Source: Geosiphon pyriformis uo1
Taxonomy: Eukaryota; Fungi; Glomeromycota
Reading direction: 5' to 3'
Assembly: GCA_016748015.1 (NCBI GenBank)
Contig: JAAOMT010000741.1
Location: 248,001 to 312,000 of the forward strand
Length of the DNA stretch: 64,000 nucleotides
Shown: positions 48,043 through 61,949 of the stretch, piece by piece
Numbering within the stretch: position 1 is the first letter of the stretch
How the letters are laid out: the number at the start of each line of letters is the position of its first letter
The notes under the pieces: model-generated
Seen by the model: the letters and a program-made list of their open reading frames with translations, nothing else
Told to the model about the DNA's origin: nothing
Database searches by the model: none
Translations under genes and position numbers: made by a program

Positions 48043-49964
48043 ATATATCTATATTAACATGTATGTTATTACTCAAACCAGAAAAAAAAAACATGGTTTA
48101 TGTTTTCTAAAGCTAATTGCAAAAGACTTAATAATACTAAACAACCAAATTATCTTATCAGAAAGCATAGATATCATATTATAAGACAATCCTAATATCA
48201 AACTACTATTTATAACCAATTCAGTCTTCTTCATATTCACTCTATAACTGGATTTTACTACTATCTTTTAATATAGTACAATTTTACCAAATGCCTTACA
48301 TAATTAATAATAGTAAAGATAGTCTCTTTTTTTTTATCAAAAATTTCAACAGCCTCCAAATACCAATCTTTTAACATAAATTCCTTACAAACCACTGTAT
48401 ACAAACTCATATTCAAAAAACATCAAGAAAGTATATGCAAAACAGTAAAAAAAAACAGATTACAAGCACCTGTTAAAGCAATTTATTGTGTAAAAATCTC
48501 AACCAAAATCTCATTCTAACTACTATCAACAACTGTTTATGTACAGTTTTTATCAAGTATGTATACAGATTTGCAAACTTCTTACTAGTAAATTCAAAAA
48601 ACATGTGCAAATCAAAATATCACACTTTTACAGTAGTCACTTAATTTACTTCTTTGATTAGTGCATTTGAAATTACATTATGACCAAAACCAGCTTTTCA
48701 ATAAATACAACAAATGAAACCATATAAATCTTAAACAAAATAACAGACATTGTCAGATATCACTGTGTTTTTAGCTATCAAGAAATGTTTTTGCATCCTT
48801 AACAACAAAGAAAAAAGAAAATAAATAGTTTTATTAACCATTATATTAGCTTTTACATTGCTATAAATCTCTGAATGATCTTTAATCTTTACTTTATCTA
48901 TAGTAAGATCTTTATTTTTAATCAGATTAACAATATGTCTTCTTTTTATTTAGTATGAATTACAAAAGTCTGGTGCAGCAAATATTAACTTAGAAATACA
49001 TACATCAATAACAGCTTGGCTGTCAAGATACAAAATAACTGTATAGGAAGATAGAATACACTCCAAAAATAAAGCAACAGCCTATAACTCAGCCATAGTA
49101 AAAGACAAAAGCCTGTATATACTAATACCAATACTCATATTTACAGTTAGAAAATACACAGCCATCTCATTAACAACATTAATAAAACCAGTATCTTTTA
49201 AAGAACCATCTGTATAAACATTAATCAAATCAGACCAAATTTCATACAAACTACATTATATGTCAGACAACTTTTTAAATTCTAAAATGTTCAAGTCTAA
49301 CAATGAGTTAGTTTTAACTATATCAATTAACAAAAAACTCTTATTACACAAAAACTTTAATATAAGCTTAAACTAATAAGACACAAAACCCTTAAGATCT
49401 AATTTTTTCCAATAACAAAAAGTTTTTTAATTTATTATAGCACCCTTTTTATTAACAAGTCTATTACCAAAAACAACTCTAAACTGCTTTAAAGAACAAA
49501 CAAAACCAAAGTACAAGAATTTTTCCAAAATTATTAATATCAAAAACTTATTAGGACTATGAAAAACATTAAGCAGATTGTTTATCAGAAATAATTCATT
49601 GTCCAAGAAGATTCTTATTATTCTAGCCAAATAATTGTTCACCAAACTAATATACAACTTGACAGGAAACTACAAAAATTTAAAAAAGCCCAACCCAAAA
49701 CTTATAGATCCAAAAATCTGTAATTAAATAAATAACCAAGGATGTTTAAAGCATTAAAAAAAGTGATCAAAGCAGTCAATTTTTTTTCAAATTGCACTTG
49801 CTCAAATGACTTTAAATTGTACAAAGAAAAATAATATAAAGCCTTATTAGGGAAATCATGTAGTAAACTGATCTTAAATTTGAGGTCTTTCTTAATTATA
49901 ACATTTTATTTACAATACATATTTAATAAAATAAAACTGAATTGGGTTTTATAATTAATTATGA

Positions 49965-52900
49965 TATTATAAATGATTATTTGGAGTGTTGGTACAAATA
50001 ACAAACCCATAATTTGGTGTTTAATAGCTTGTTAATAGTGATAATATATAAAAATTTTAGTGATTTGAAGGTTTTGGTTGAGTTTTTTGTATAATAAACA
50101 AAAATTCAATGGTTGCTTTAGTATCTTCTGGAAGTGTATTCTGTGAATTTTTTTCTTAACTTGATGGCTAGTTCCTCTTGGTAAGCTATTCTCAAATTCT
50201 GAGCTTCTATTCTTATTTCTGGGTCTTTTACCAGTTTTTTTTAATGTCAATAACTCCATGCATTAATTTTTTAATCAGTTAGTAAGCAACAACAAAAGAA
50301 ATTAAAAGAAAATTAAAAGAAAATAAAAGGAAATAAAAAATTAGTATTCTATTAATAGCCATGATCAAGAGCTATTGGTCCAGTGTGATTAAGTATTAAA
50401 TTTTATCAACATAGAGTGTTGATAGAATGGAAAGTGATTAATATTTTTAATTAAGTAATAATAATATGGATTTAATAATAATAAATAATTTTATTAATAT
50501 AAGAATAATTTTATTTCAAGTTATAAAAAACTATCTTTTGAAAAAAAGAGTATTGTTTTAAATTAACATAAACTTTCTTAAATTCTCCAAGAATTGCTTT
50601 TTTTGCTTTTAATACTTTCATTATATATATAATTTATGTTATACAAAATTTCTTGGATTTTTTTAATTTTTCTAGCCAGAAATTCTAAAATTCCTAGAAT
50701 TTTGTAATTTCTTAAGAAGAATCCTAAAATTTTTCTTTTACTACACCTATTTTTAATTGGTTACTTTATATTTTTGTTAAGAATTCCTAAATTTTTATGA
50801 GTAAGATTATTTTCTCTTTTAATATTGAGCTTTATCAAAATCTCTTAAATTTTTTAACTGTATATTAATATGTAAATAATGTTCTAATCTGATAGCAGTT
50901 TTCTCTAGATATCTAAGTTTAAACCCTATATTGGTATTATATACATATTTTAACATAACACTTTTATTATTATTACTAAACTATTTAAGTTCTTGTTCCT
51001 ATAAAAGATCTAAAATGCAATATATTGTTCAAAGTTTTTATTGGAATTTAAATTGTTATTATTGTTATTATCATTGTGGACAGAATTAGAACTGTTGTTG
51101 TTATTATTATTAAAGTTTAAATTAGAATTAAATTTCAATTTCAATTTTGAAGCATAGTTGCTAATTGGCTCTTTTTTTTTGGAAATTGAATCAATTAGAC
51201 ATGATAACAGATTGTGAATAAAATCATAATTATTACAATATTTAAAGTTACTGGAAATTAGACAATATTTACAGAGTCTAGCACTTAATTAAACTAAATG
51301 CTGCTCTTGTTTTTCTCAAGTAGGTGTTAGATTTTGGGAGTAAAATGGTTTTTTTTTGGTTTTAATAAGTATAAAACATGTTAATCATTATTTGGTTTTT
51401 CTGTGAAGATGTTTGTTTACAGTTTGTTTGTTTTTTTTCTTTTTTTTTTGTTATTTCAAGAAAGTATTAATGGCAGTTATTGTGTTTGTTTTCAGTTCAT
51501 GAAACTTAATAGATTTCTCAAATAGGTTTTTTTTTCTTATTTAAACTTAATTAGTAATAATTAGGTAATGTCAATGTCTTTAACTTTAAAAGGGATGTTG
51601 TTGATTTTGCCAATAGGAGTTTTTATTATTTCATCAGCTGTGATAATTCTGGCACTAGCAATACAATCAACTTAGTAACCTAGTTGGTTTATGAGTTGTC
51701 ATGTAATGATGCTGCCTGCTAACTTATTATTAAGGATTAGCTTAATAGATTGGCCATAGTTTTTGGTATTTATATACATTGTGATAATTGGTTTGGTGTT
51801 GAGAATGGCTCTACTAAATAAAAGTGTTATTGCTGATTTTTTTAATTTGAAAAAGAAGATGGCTGTAAGTAATTTATCTTCAGTAATTGTTGCTGATAAA
51901 ATATTGTTGGTAAGTAGTATAAGGTTGAATTCTAAATTGTTGGATGGTTTGTTTTTTGGGATAACTAAGAGACTTAAATAGTTTTAAAAATTTGGGTTTT
52001 AGGTGTACTCACTTTTTAAACTCTGCTGGCATGATTCAGATGACTGGTTTAATAAACTGAAAATTAGTTGGTATCTTACCATTGCTAATTATCAGTCCTG
52101 TTGAATGGGTGTAATTTTTGGTTTTTGATTTCTGGTTGCTATTTAAGCTAAATTTTGAAGTAGTATTTAAATTATTTAAATTTAATAAATTACTTGTGAC
52201 TGCAGTTGATAAATTACTTGTGACTGCAATTGATAAATTATTTGTGACTGCAGTTAATAAATTACTGGTGCTGGAATCTGATAAACTAGAAATATGTATA
52301 TTGGTTATTGTATTATTGAAATGTAATAAGGCTGATATTAATATTGTTTTTAATTCAGAGTGTAATTTGGAGTTTGAAATCTGTGATCAGGATTTTAATA
52401 TTGATTTTCCAATTGTTAGTTATTAAATCTAGAGTGGCAATCTGCTTTTAAATGATCTTGTTTACTATAATAGTAACAATTACATATTTTTTGTTGTTAT
52501 AGTTAATTTGTTAATGATAAATGTGATTAATTTTGGAAAAATTGGAGTTTTCTTAATTGTCACAATATTGTGGAGACTGATAAATTGCTTGATTGCTAGC
52601 TAAATATCTTTTCAATTTTTGGTTGATGTTGGTACTAGTTCTCTGTTGAATTATATTTTATAAAAAGCACTAAATATTACAGATGATTATTTGGAGTGTT
52701 GATACAAATAACAAACCTGTAACTTGGTGCTTAATAACTTGTTGATAATGATAATATCTGAAAATTTTGGTAATCTAAAGGTTTTGGTTGAGTTTTTTGT
52801 ATAATAAACAAAGATTCAATAATTGTTTTAGTACTTTTTCAGAAATGTATTTTGTGAATTTTTTTTTCAGCTTGATGGTTATTTCTTCTGATAAGTTATT

Positions 52901-55900
52901 CTCAAATTCTGAGTTTCTACCTTTATTCCTGGGTCTTTTACCAGTTTTTTTTGATGTCAATAACTTTGTATATTAATTTTTTAATTAGTTAGTAAGCAAC
53001 AACAAAAGAAAATAAAAGGAAATAAAAAATTGGTATTTCATTAATAGCCATAATTAAGAGCTATTAGTTTAGTGTGATTAAGTATTAAATTTTATCAACA
53101 TAAAGTGTTAATAGAGTGGAAAGTAATTAATATTTTTAATCAAATAATAATAACATAAATCAATAATAATAGATAATTTTATTAATATGAGAATGATTTT
53201 ATTTCAAGTTATAGAAAATTATCTTTTAAAAGAAGAAGTATTGTTCTAAATTAATATAAACTTTATTGAATTCTTTAGGAATTGCTTTTTCTGCTTTTAA
53301 TACTTTTATTATATATATATAATTTATGTTATACAAAATTTCTTGAATTTTTTTAATTTTTCTAGCCAGAATCCTGAAATTTTTTTTATTACATCTATTT
53401 TTAATTGGCTACTTTATATTTTTATTAAGAATTCTTAAATTTCTATGAGTAATATTATTCTCTTTTTTAATATTAAGCTCTGTTAAAATCTTCTAAATTT
53501 TCTAATTCTATACTAGTATGTAAATGATGTTTTAATTTAATGACAGTTTTTTCTGGATATCTGAGTTTAAATTCTGCATTGGTATTATGCATGTATTTTA
53601 GTATAATATTCTTATTATTATTGTTAAACTATTTAAGTTTCTGTTTTTGTGAAAGATTTGAAATACAATATATTGTTCAAAGTTTTTATTAAAGTTTGAA
53701 TTGTTGTTATTGTTATTGTCATTGTGAACAGAATTGGAATTATTGTTGTTATTATCATTGGAGTTTAAATTGGGATTAAATTTCAATTTCAATTCTGAAG
53801 CACAATTGCTAATTGGCTCTTTTTTTTGGGAATTAAATTGATTAAGTGTAATAAGAAATTGTAAATAAGATTACAATCATCACAATATTCAAAGTTACTG
53901 AGAATTAAGCAATATTTACAGAGTTTAGTGCTTAATTGGACTAAATGCTGCTTTTGTTTTTCTTAAGTAAGTGTTAGATCTTGGAAATAGAATGGTTTTT
54001 TTCTTGGTTTTAATAAGTATAAAATATGCCAACTATTATTTAGTTCTTCTGTGAAGGTGTTGGCTTGCAGTTTATTTTTATTTTTATTTTTTCTTTTGTT
54101 GTCCCAAAAGAGTATCAATGACAGTTTGTTGTATTTGTTTTCAGTTCATAAGACTTAATAAGCTTTCTAGGTAGATCTTTTTTTCTTTTTTAAACTTGAT
54201 TAATAATAATTAGGTAATGGTAATGTCTTTAACTTCAAAAAAAAAGTTATTGATTTTGCCAATAAGAGTTTTTATCACTTTATTAGCTGTAATAATTTTG
54301 GTGCTGGCAGCACAATCAATTCAGTGACCTAGTTGGTTTATGAGTTGTTGTGTAATAATGTTGTTTGTTAACTTACTATCAAGAATTAGCTTAATAAATT
54401 GGCCATCTATGTATATTGTGATAATTGGTTTGGCATTAAAAACAGCTCTACTAAATAGAGATGTTATTACTGATTTTTCTAATTTGAAAGAAGAAATAGC
54501 TACAAGTGACTTATTTTTAATAATTATTGCTAGTAGAATATTGTTGGTAAATAGTATTGAATTGGGTTCCAAGTTGTTAAATAAATTGTTTTTTGGAGTA
54601 ATTAAGAGACTTAAATAATTTTAAGAATTTGGGTTTTGAGTGTACTCACTTTTTAAACTCTGCTGGTGTGATCCAGATGGCTGATTTAACAAACTGGAGA
54701 TTAGTTAATGCCTTACCATTGTTAATTACCAGTCTTGTTGGATAAGTGTAATTTTTGGTCTTTGATTTCTGATTGCCATTTAAGCTAAATTTTGAAATAG
54801 TATTTGAATTGATTGGGTTTGATAAATTACTTATGGCTATAGTTAATAAATTACTTGTAGCTGTAGTTGATAAATTACTTGTGACTATAATTAATAGATT
54901 ACTGGTGCTGAAGTCTAATAAACTGGAGATATATATATTGGTTGTTATATTATTGGGGTATAATAAGACTAGTATTAATATTGTTCTTAATTCAAAGTAT
55001 AATTTGGAGTTTGAAATCTGTAATTGGGTTTTCAATATTGATTTTCTGATTTTTGGTTATTAAATCTAGAACAGCAATCTGCTTTTAAATAACCTTGTTT
55101 ACTATAATGATAACAATTACATATTTTTTATTGTCATAGTTAATTTGCTAATAATGAATGTAATTAATTTTGGAAACAATTAGAGTTTTTTTGATTGTCA
55201 CAATATTGTAAAAGCTGATAAATTGCTTGATTGCTAGCTAAATATCTCTTCAATTTTTGGTTGATGTTAGTGTTGGTTTTTTGTTAAATTATACCTTACA
55301 GAAAACACCAAATATTACAAGTGATTATTTGGAGTGTTGGTACAAATAATAAACCTGTAACTTGGTACTTAATAGCTTGTTAATAATAGTAATATCTAAA
55401 AATTTTAGTAATTTAAAGGTTTTGGTTGAATTTTTTGTATAATAGACAAAGATTCAATGGTTGTTTAGTATCCTTCTGGAAATATATTCTGTGAATTTTT
55501 TTTTAACTTGATGGTCAGTTCTTCTTGGTAAGCTATTCTCAAATTCTGAGTTTCTATTCTTATTCTTAAGTCTTTTACCAGTCTTTTTTAATGTCAATAA
55601 CTTTGCACATTAATTTTTTAATCAATTAATAAGCAACAACAAAAGAAAATAAAAGAAAATTAAAAGAAAATAAAAAATTAGTATCTTGTTAATAGTATGA
55701 TCAAGAGTTATTGGTCCAGTATAATTAAGTATTAGATTTTATCAACATAAAATGTTGATAAAATAAAAAGTAATTAATATTCTTAATTAAGTAATAATAA
55801 TATGAATTCAATAATAATAGATAATTTTATTAATATAAGAATAATTTTATTTCAAATCATAGAAAACTATTTTTTAAAAGAAGGAGTATTGTTCTAAATT

Positions 55901-56131
55901 AATATAAATTTTATTGAATTCTTTAAAAATTGCTTTTTCTGTTTTTAATACTCTTATTATATATATAATTTATATTATATGAGATTTTTTGAATTTTTTG
56001 AATTTTTCTAAGCAGAATTCTGAATCTTGTAATTCCTTAAAAAAAATCCTGAAATTTCTTTTTTATTATATCTATTTCTAATTAGCTACTTTATATTTTT
56101 GTTAAGAATTTCTAAATTTTTATAAGTAACA
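49965..56131 (-). mobile_element. Tandem non-autonomous LTR element (LTR-internal-LTR-internal-LTR), TSD ATGA/ATAA
   Basis: LTRs 49965-50806, 52675-53454 and 55313-56131; internal regions 50807-52674 and 53455-55312 (~1.86 kb each) with PBS, gag tail, protease (IKLILDS), Cys cluster, truncated dUTPase start and PPT; no RT, RH or IN. Confidence 0.9.
52187..52270. repeat. 24-bp tandem repeat in the internal region (second copy at ~54824-54910)
   Basis: AAATTACTTGTGACTGCAGTTGAT x ~3.5; encodes SNLSTAxT-like repeats on the minus strand. Confidence 0.85.
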
Positions 56132-56201
56132 ATAAACTGCAAAATAGCTAATACTAAATAAGAAAACTATTTGTCTATAACAGTTTTCTTGAGCATCACA
56201 T

Positions 56202-57067
56202 TGTTACAAGTGATTATTTGGAGTGTTGATACAAATAACAAACCCATAACTTGATACTCAATAGTTGATAATATTGGTAATTTCTGAAGGTTTTTATATT
56301 TGAAAATTTTGGGTTGAAGTTTTTTGTATAATAGACAGAGATTCAATAGTTGTTTTAGTAGTCTCCCAAAATGATTATTCTGTTAAATTTCTTTTTTTAG
56401 CATGATGACTGGTTTATTTTGGCAGTTGTATTTTTTTGGTAAACTATTCTTAAATTTCTAAACTCTATACCCTTATTTCTGGGTTTTTTACCAAACTATC
56501 CTTAATGTTAATAATTCAGTGCTTAATTCTTTTAATCAATTAGTAAACAACAAACAAACAAACATAAAAGAAAATAAAAGAAAATAAAAAGAAAATAAGA
56601 AATTAGTATTCTGTTAATAGCCATGATTAAGAGCTATTGATCTAGTGTAATTAAGTATTAGATTATATTAACATAGAGTATTAATAGTGATAAAAGTAAT
56701 TAATATTTTTAATCAAATAATAATAACATGAATTTAATAATAATGAATAATTTTATTAATAGAGAAATAATTTTACTTCAAGTTATAGAAAACTATTTTT
56801 TTAAAAAAAAGTATTGTTCTAAATTAATATAAACTCTATTAAATTCTCCAGGAATTACTTTTTCTGTTTTTAATATTCTTGCTATATATATAATTTATGT
56901 TATATAAGATTTCTGGAATTCTGCAATTCTTTTAAAGGGATCTTAAAATTCTGAGATTCTGAAATTCTGCAATTTTTTCAGAAGAATCTTGGAATTCTTT
57001 TGTTACTATGTCTATTATTAATTAGCTATTTCTTTAACTATAATACTTTTAATTTCTATAAGTAACA
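56202..57067 (-). mobile_element. Solo LTR (866 bp), same family as the tandem's LTRs, TSD ACAT/ATGT
   Basis: TGTTACAAG...AGTAACA termini; flanks 56198-56201 and 57068-57071; removal restores the host codons VNVML (GTT AAC GTG ATG CTC). Confidence 0.92.
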
Positions 57068-60000
57068 ATGTTAACAAAAAATTGAATATCTGAATAAGTC
57101 TTGGCCATACTTGGCTTAGACAACTTATCAATTAACAAAAAAATTCCCAAATACCTATATACTTTACTCTTTTTGGCAATTAAAATTAACAGACTGCTAA
57201 TTTTTAAAGAAGTAATCTTAACATTTTGGTTAATAAAAATGGCCACTGTTTTCTTATTGTTTATCAATATATTATTGATTATAAAAAATTTATTGACAAT
57301 ATTCAAAGCATACTATGTAGAAGTCTAACTATTTCCAATCCAAATTATGTTATCAACAAATATACCAGCCAAAAAAAAAATAACATTTCAATACTATTCT
57401 CAATTTTGTCAATCTTTGACACAAAATTAGAATTGTTCTAGTATCTACATAAATGTTCATGTTATTTAATTTTATACAAGAGTGAATTGTAGAAAATTTT
57501 CCAAAAGAGAGATAAAAAACTTTATTTTAATCCAATTTATTGTGTACTCTATAGCTATTTGAAAGACCAAAATCTGTTATTACTTTATTGACTCTATCTT
57601 TGTATATACTGCCAAAAAATCTGATAAACCTATTACACATTTTGATTTGCTGTAAGCTAGCTCTTAAATAATACCAACCAACCAAGTTATATGTTTTGTA
57701 CATATCTTACAAAACCAATTAAAGCTTTCTATTTTTCTTTAAAGCATCTTTAATTACTGATCCAATGGCAAACACAAGGAACTAAATAGATGTATTCTTT
57801 AAAACTGAAAAATTATCATCTTAAAGAACACCAAACTTACTATATACAAATAAAATTCAATCAAATAAGACTTTAGAAAAATTTTTTTTTATAGTTTCAA
57901 TTAAAGCAATAGATTAAATATTTGTCAGAATTCTATCCCAATTATAAAGTTTAAGAATTATTGAAATTCACACTTTTCTTCACAAAATAAGAATACTATC
58001 AAGAGACAAATATGTATTCAACAATTCCAAAAAACATCCTACTATCTTATTATTACTATGCTTTCAAAGTTTATTAAAAATACCAAACAAATCAGCAACT
58101 TTACTATTAGGCAAACTGTTAATTACCAAGAGCAAATCTTTTATACCAATCTCCCTTATTACATCAACAAAAGCATCATTATTTATATAAATTAATAACA
58201 CATATTGATAAGTTTAGAGATCAGATATCACCAAAGACACAGTCTGCTTTTTTATTTAACTTTCTATAATTTTATCAACATTAAGCTTCTCTTCTTTTGG
58301 TTTAAGAACCAACTTATTATCTACTATTAAGTAATTTAGTACTACTTTGTAAAATAACTAATCCAAAATACTTCTAATTATATCTTTTTTATTAGAACTA
58401 AAACTTTCCATGTGCTTTCTAATAGCTTTTTTAATAAATGTTTTTTTAGCCAATCTTAACTCATATATCTTGAACTTTCTGTACTTTTTTCAAACTGATA
58501 ACAAATATTTGATAATATTTAACAATTTTACACTATTTCAAACTATGTTTACGATCTTGAAAGTCTTATTACCATCCAAAGTTGATTATTTTTTAATAAG
58601 ACAATTAAATTTAAGCATATTACTCAAGCTTAATCTTTTAACTATCTTGGCAATAAGCAATTTTAAACCATAAAACTTAAAAAACAGTCTGTTTTTTGAA
58701 CACTAAAACTTGTTAAACCAAAGTCTGGAAAATATTGCATCAATTGACTTCACTATTATTTTTTCCAGCAACTTCTACATAGCATCCAAATTATTACTAG
58801 CTTTAAGACCTAAAAATTTATCTTCTATTACCAAAAATTTTCCAGAAAAACACTTATTAAAATGTGTTTACTTGGTATTATTTGTATTCTGATTTTAAAC
58901 TTCCAATAATCTTTGTTAGTTTGTTCATATATGCTATTTAAACAAATATTTAAGAAACCATCCAAATCAATTAATATTAGAACAGTCTTGTGATCAGTAT
59001 TAAAAAATGTAAACACAAAATTAACATTATAACTAACAATTACAAATAATAAGTTCTTATTCACAAAAATATAATTTCTAATTTTTTTAACACTTCTTGA
59101 ATTATTCTAAGTCAATATTTTGACCAAAAAATATTTACCAAATAAGTTAACTAAACCCAAATCCAAACAGAATTTAAAATTCACACTCTTCCCAATCTTA
59201 TTTTTGTTAAAATCTCCACTTAAAACCACAAAAGTACTAAAGTTAACAGTATTAACAATAAGAAAATTAATCTTTAAAGCCTAACCAAACCTAGCTTCAG
59301 TAAAAATACCAACATATAAACTTAAAATTATAACTGAGAGCTTGTCCTTAAAAAAAAGCTGCGCTAAAATAATACAAACAAGAACTTTTTTTACTTTTGA
59401 AACATGTTGAACTAAGAAATTATTTATAATAATAGCCATACCAGCACTAAAAAAACTTTTTTTCAAACCAGATATAAAAACCTATATTTTATTAAACTTA
59501 TTTGTAATTCACAGCTTAATACTAGACTTTAGCTTTATTTCTGTTAAAAAAGAAATTATATTTTCTGATTTTATATACTAACAAACAACATTTTTTTGTT
59601 TGATAAGAACATTGATATTCCAAATATTGTATGTGGTAAATTTTCAAACCAAATCACTCATTGAAAGGAAAAAAAACACCAAAAAGTCTAAATTAGCACA
59701 CAACTAATCTAATCTTACCAAAACTTTACTAATAAAATTTTAAGAGCCACTATTTTAGATTTCAATCCATCCACCTTAGTGGTTGAAACTTGAGATCTAT
59801 TTACATCCAAATCTGAAACCATATTATTTGCAACTAAAAAAAGAAGAACAAATAACATAAATAGGTCATTCAAAACCATATTTAAATCCAAATTTGACTT
59901 TAAAAAAACAGACACAATGGAAAAAAAGATTTGAGAAACAAACATTAGAGACACCAAATCTATAATACTTAATTTTTGTACAACACCAGATATTTAATCA

Positions 60001-61949
60001 GCCAACAGCTTTAAAAAATGTTTTAAAAAAGCCAAGCAAGCATCAATAAATAAATTATTCTAAGCAACAAGTAAACTTTTTTTACTGTGTAATATACTAA
60101 AAAAAAAGAAACCAAAACCAGAACCAAAACAAGTATTTTTAGAAAATACAGCAAATAAAGCCATTTGAATTCAAGATTTGTCATTAAAAGCAGTAGAATA
60201 AGAAATAAGAACACTTTTTTTTGTATACAACTTGGCCAACTAAAGACAATCTGCATCTGAAACTATTTTTTTAAATAGTTTTGAAGACTTAAAAGTAAAT
60301 GTATCTGTTATATTATACTCTAAAACAAAATATTCAAATCTTTTACACTTTTTAGACCAAACCAAATTTATCTTAGTCTATAAGAGTTTTACATTACCAA
60401 AAATTGGCTTTGTGGAAAAAATAAACTCCAGCTTTTTATTTAATTTAAAACCAATCACAACACAGCAAATCTGGTTGCCAGTTTTAAATGAATGATTAAT
60501 AATACAGATTTTTACACCAGTTCTTTCTAATAGAGTGTCCAAATTATGAGCTGTTGTTCTTATAAACAAAATAAACAAAAGTGCCTTAAATCAATCTTTA
60601 AATATCCAAATTCTACAATCTTTTATAGCTTTGGCTATATACACTGAATTTTTTCCTGTTAAAAATGACTATTTTAAGACCAACTGATCTGTCTAACTTG
60701 ATTGGCAAATTCCATCACAGCTTTTTGTCATATTCTAATTGTTTGTAATTTAATTGACATAATTTAATCATATTTAATAACTATAATGATGATCATTTTT
60801 TTGGCATATTCATGGGAATTTCTTTAATTATCACAGTCTGATCTGAATAAACTCTTTGTTTTTTAAAATTATTATTTATCTTAATGCCCTTTTTATCAAT
60901 TAATAAAATGGTCTTATTCATGTTTTTCTCTAATATAAATGTAAATCTGATGATTTTTTCAAATTTTAAAGGAGTATTGGCCTTTTCAAAATCATTAATA
61001 GTTGAAAAAAATTTTCTGATATACTAAGTTTTTGTTATTATATATTTGTTTTTTACTGCTAAAAGATTAATGTCCAAGACAAAAAACTTTTTGATTAATA
61101 CTTCTACTTGAATCTTAACAATTTTAGGATTAATGCACTTTCTGTCCAAGAGAATAAAGAGACAAAAAGAAAAAAAACCTTATTATTATTATTCATATTA
61201 TACATAAAAAATCTGATTAAAAAGTTAACTTAACTTTAGGAGTAGTTATCCTTAATTCTGACTTTTCTTTATTCTTGCTGCCAATATTATAGCCAACATC
61301 TACACTAAAAAAAATTACCAAAAGAATATTTTTATTTGTATTTATATTAGCAAATCGACCAAAAGCATAATTAGACTCACTAAAACTCAAATTTGTTTTA
61401 TTACTTAAATGCTTCACATTTTTGAAAGAGGTTTTTTGCTTTTAAGACAAGCTTCTACTAATTGAACCAGAAGTTAAAACTTTGGTTGACTTTTTCTTAA
61501 TATCAGAACCACTTATAGTGGTTGTTAGTTTAACAACAAAGAAATTAGGTTCTTATGAAATATTAAGATATATAATAATAGAAAACAGAAAAAAACTTCT
61601 TTTAAAATTTTTGACTTTTTTTTAAAAATTTGGGATAAAAAAGAGAAAGAAGTTTTTTTTTTATATAATACATAAATATAATAAATACAATATTTAAATT
61701 ATATAATACTTCAAACTATATAATATTTATAAATTTATAAAAATTTGATAAAAATATTTAATAGTTTATTAAAATAATTAATAGTTTGTAAAAATAATTT
61801 TTAGTTTGCCAAAATATATTTTTAGTTTGCTAAAATAATAACAAAAAAATTATTAAATTATAAAATAATACTATAAATTATATAAAAAAAGTTTTTTTTT
61901 AAAAAAATATATTTTAATTTAAAATAATTAAAAAAAATTAATAATAATA

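Larger units (their letters stand above)
40151..61653 (-). mobile_element. Full-length, heavily decayed LINE (LINE-E) carrying three nested LTR insertions
   Basis: 3' UTR 40162-40275; ORF2 pieces 48047-49964, 56136-56201 and 57072-59661 are colinear once the insertions are removed; ORF1 ~61540-59658; 5' UTR resembles that of LINE-D. Confidence 0.88.

Noticed and set aside
50032-50259. Basic ORF in the LTR (also 52775-52960)
   Set aside because: Frames differ between LTR copies (indels) and it is closed in the third copy; no evidence of coding constraint.
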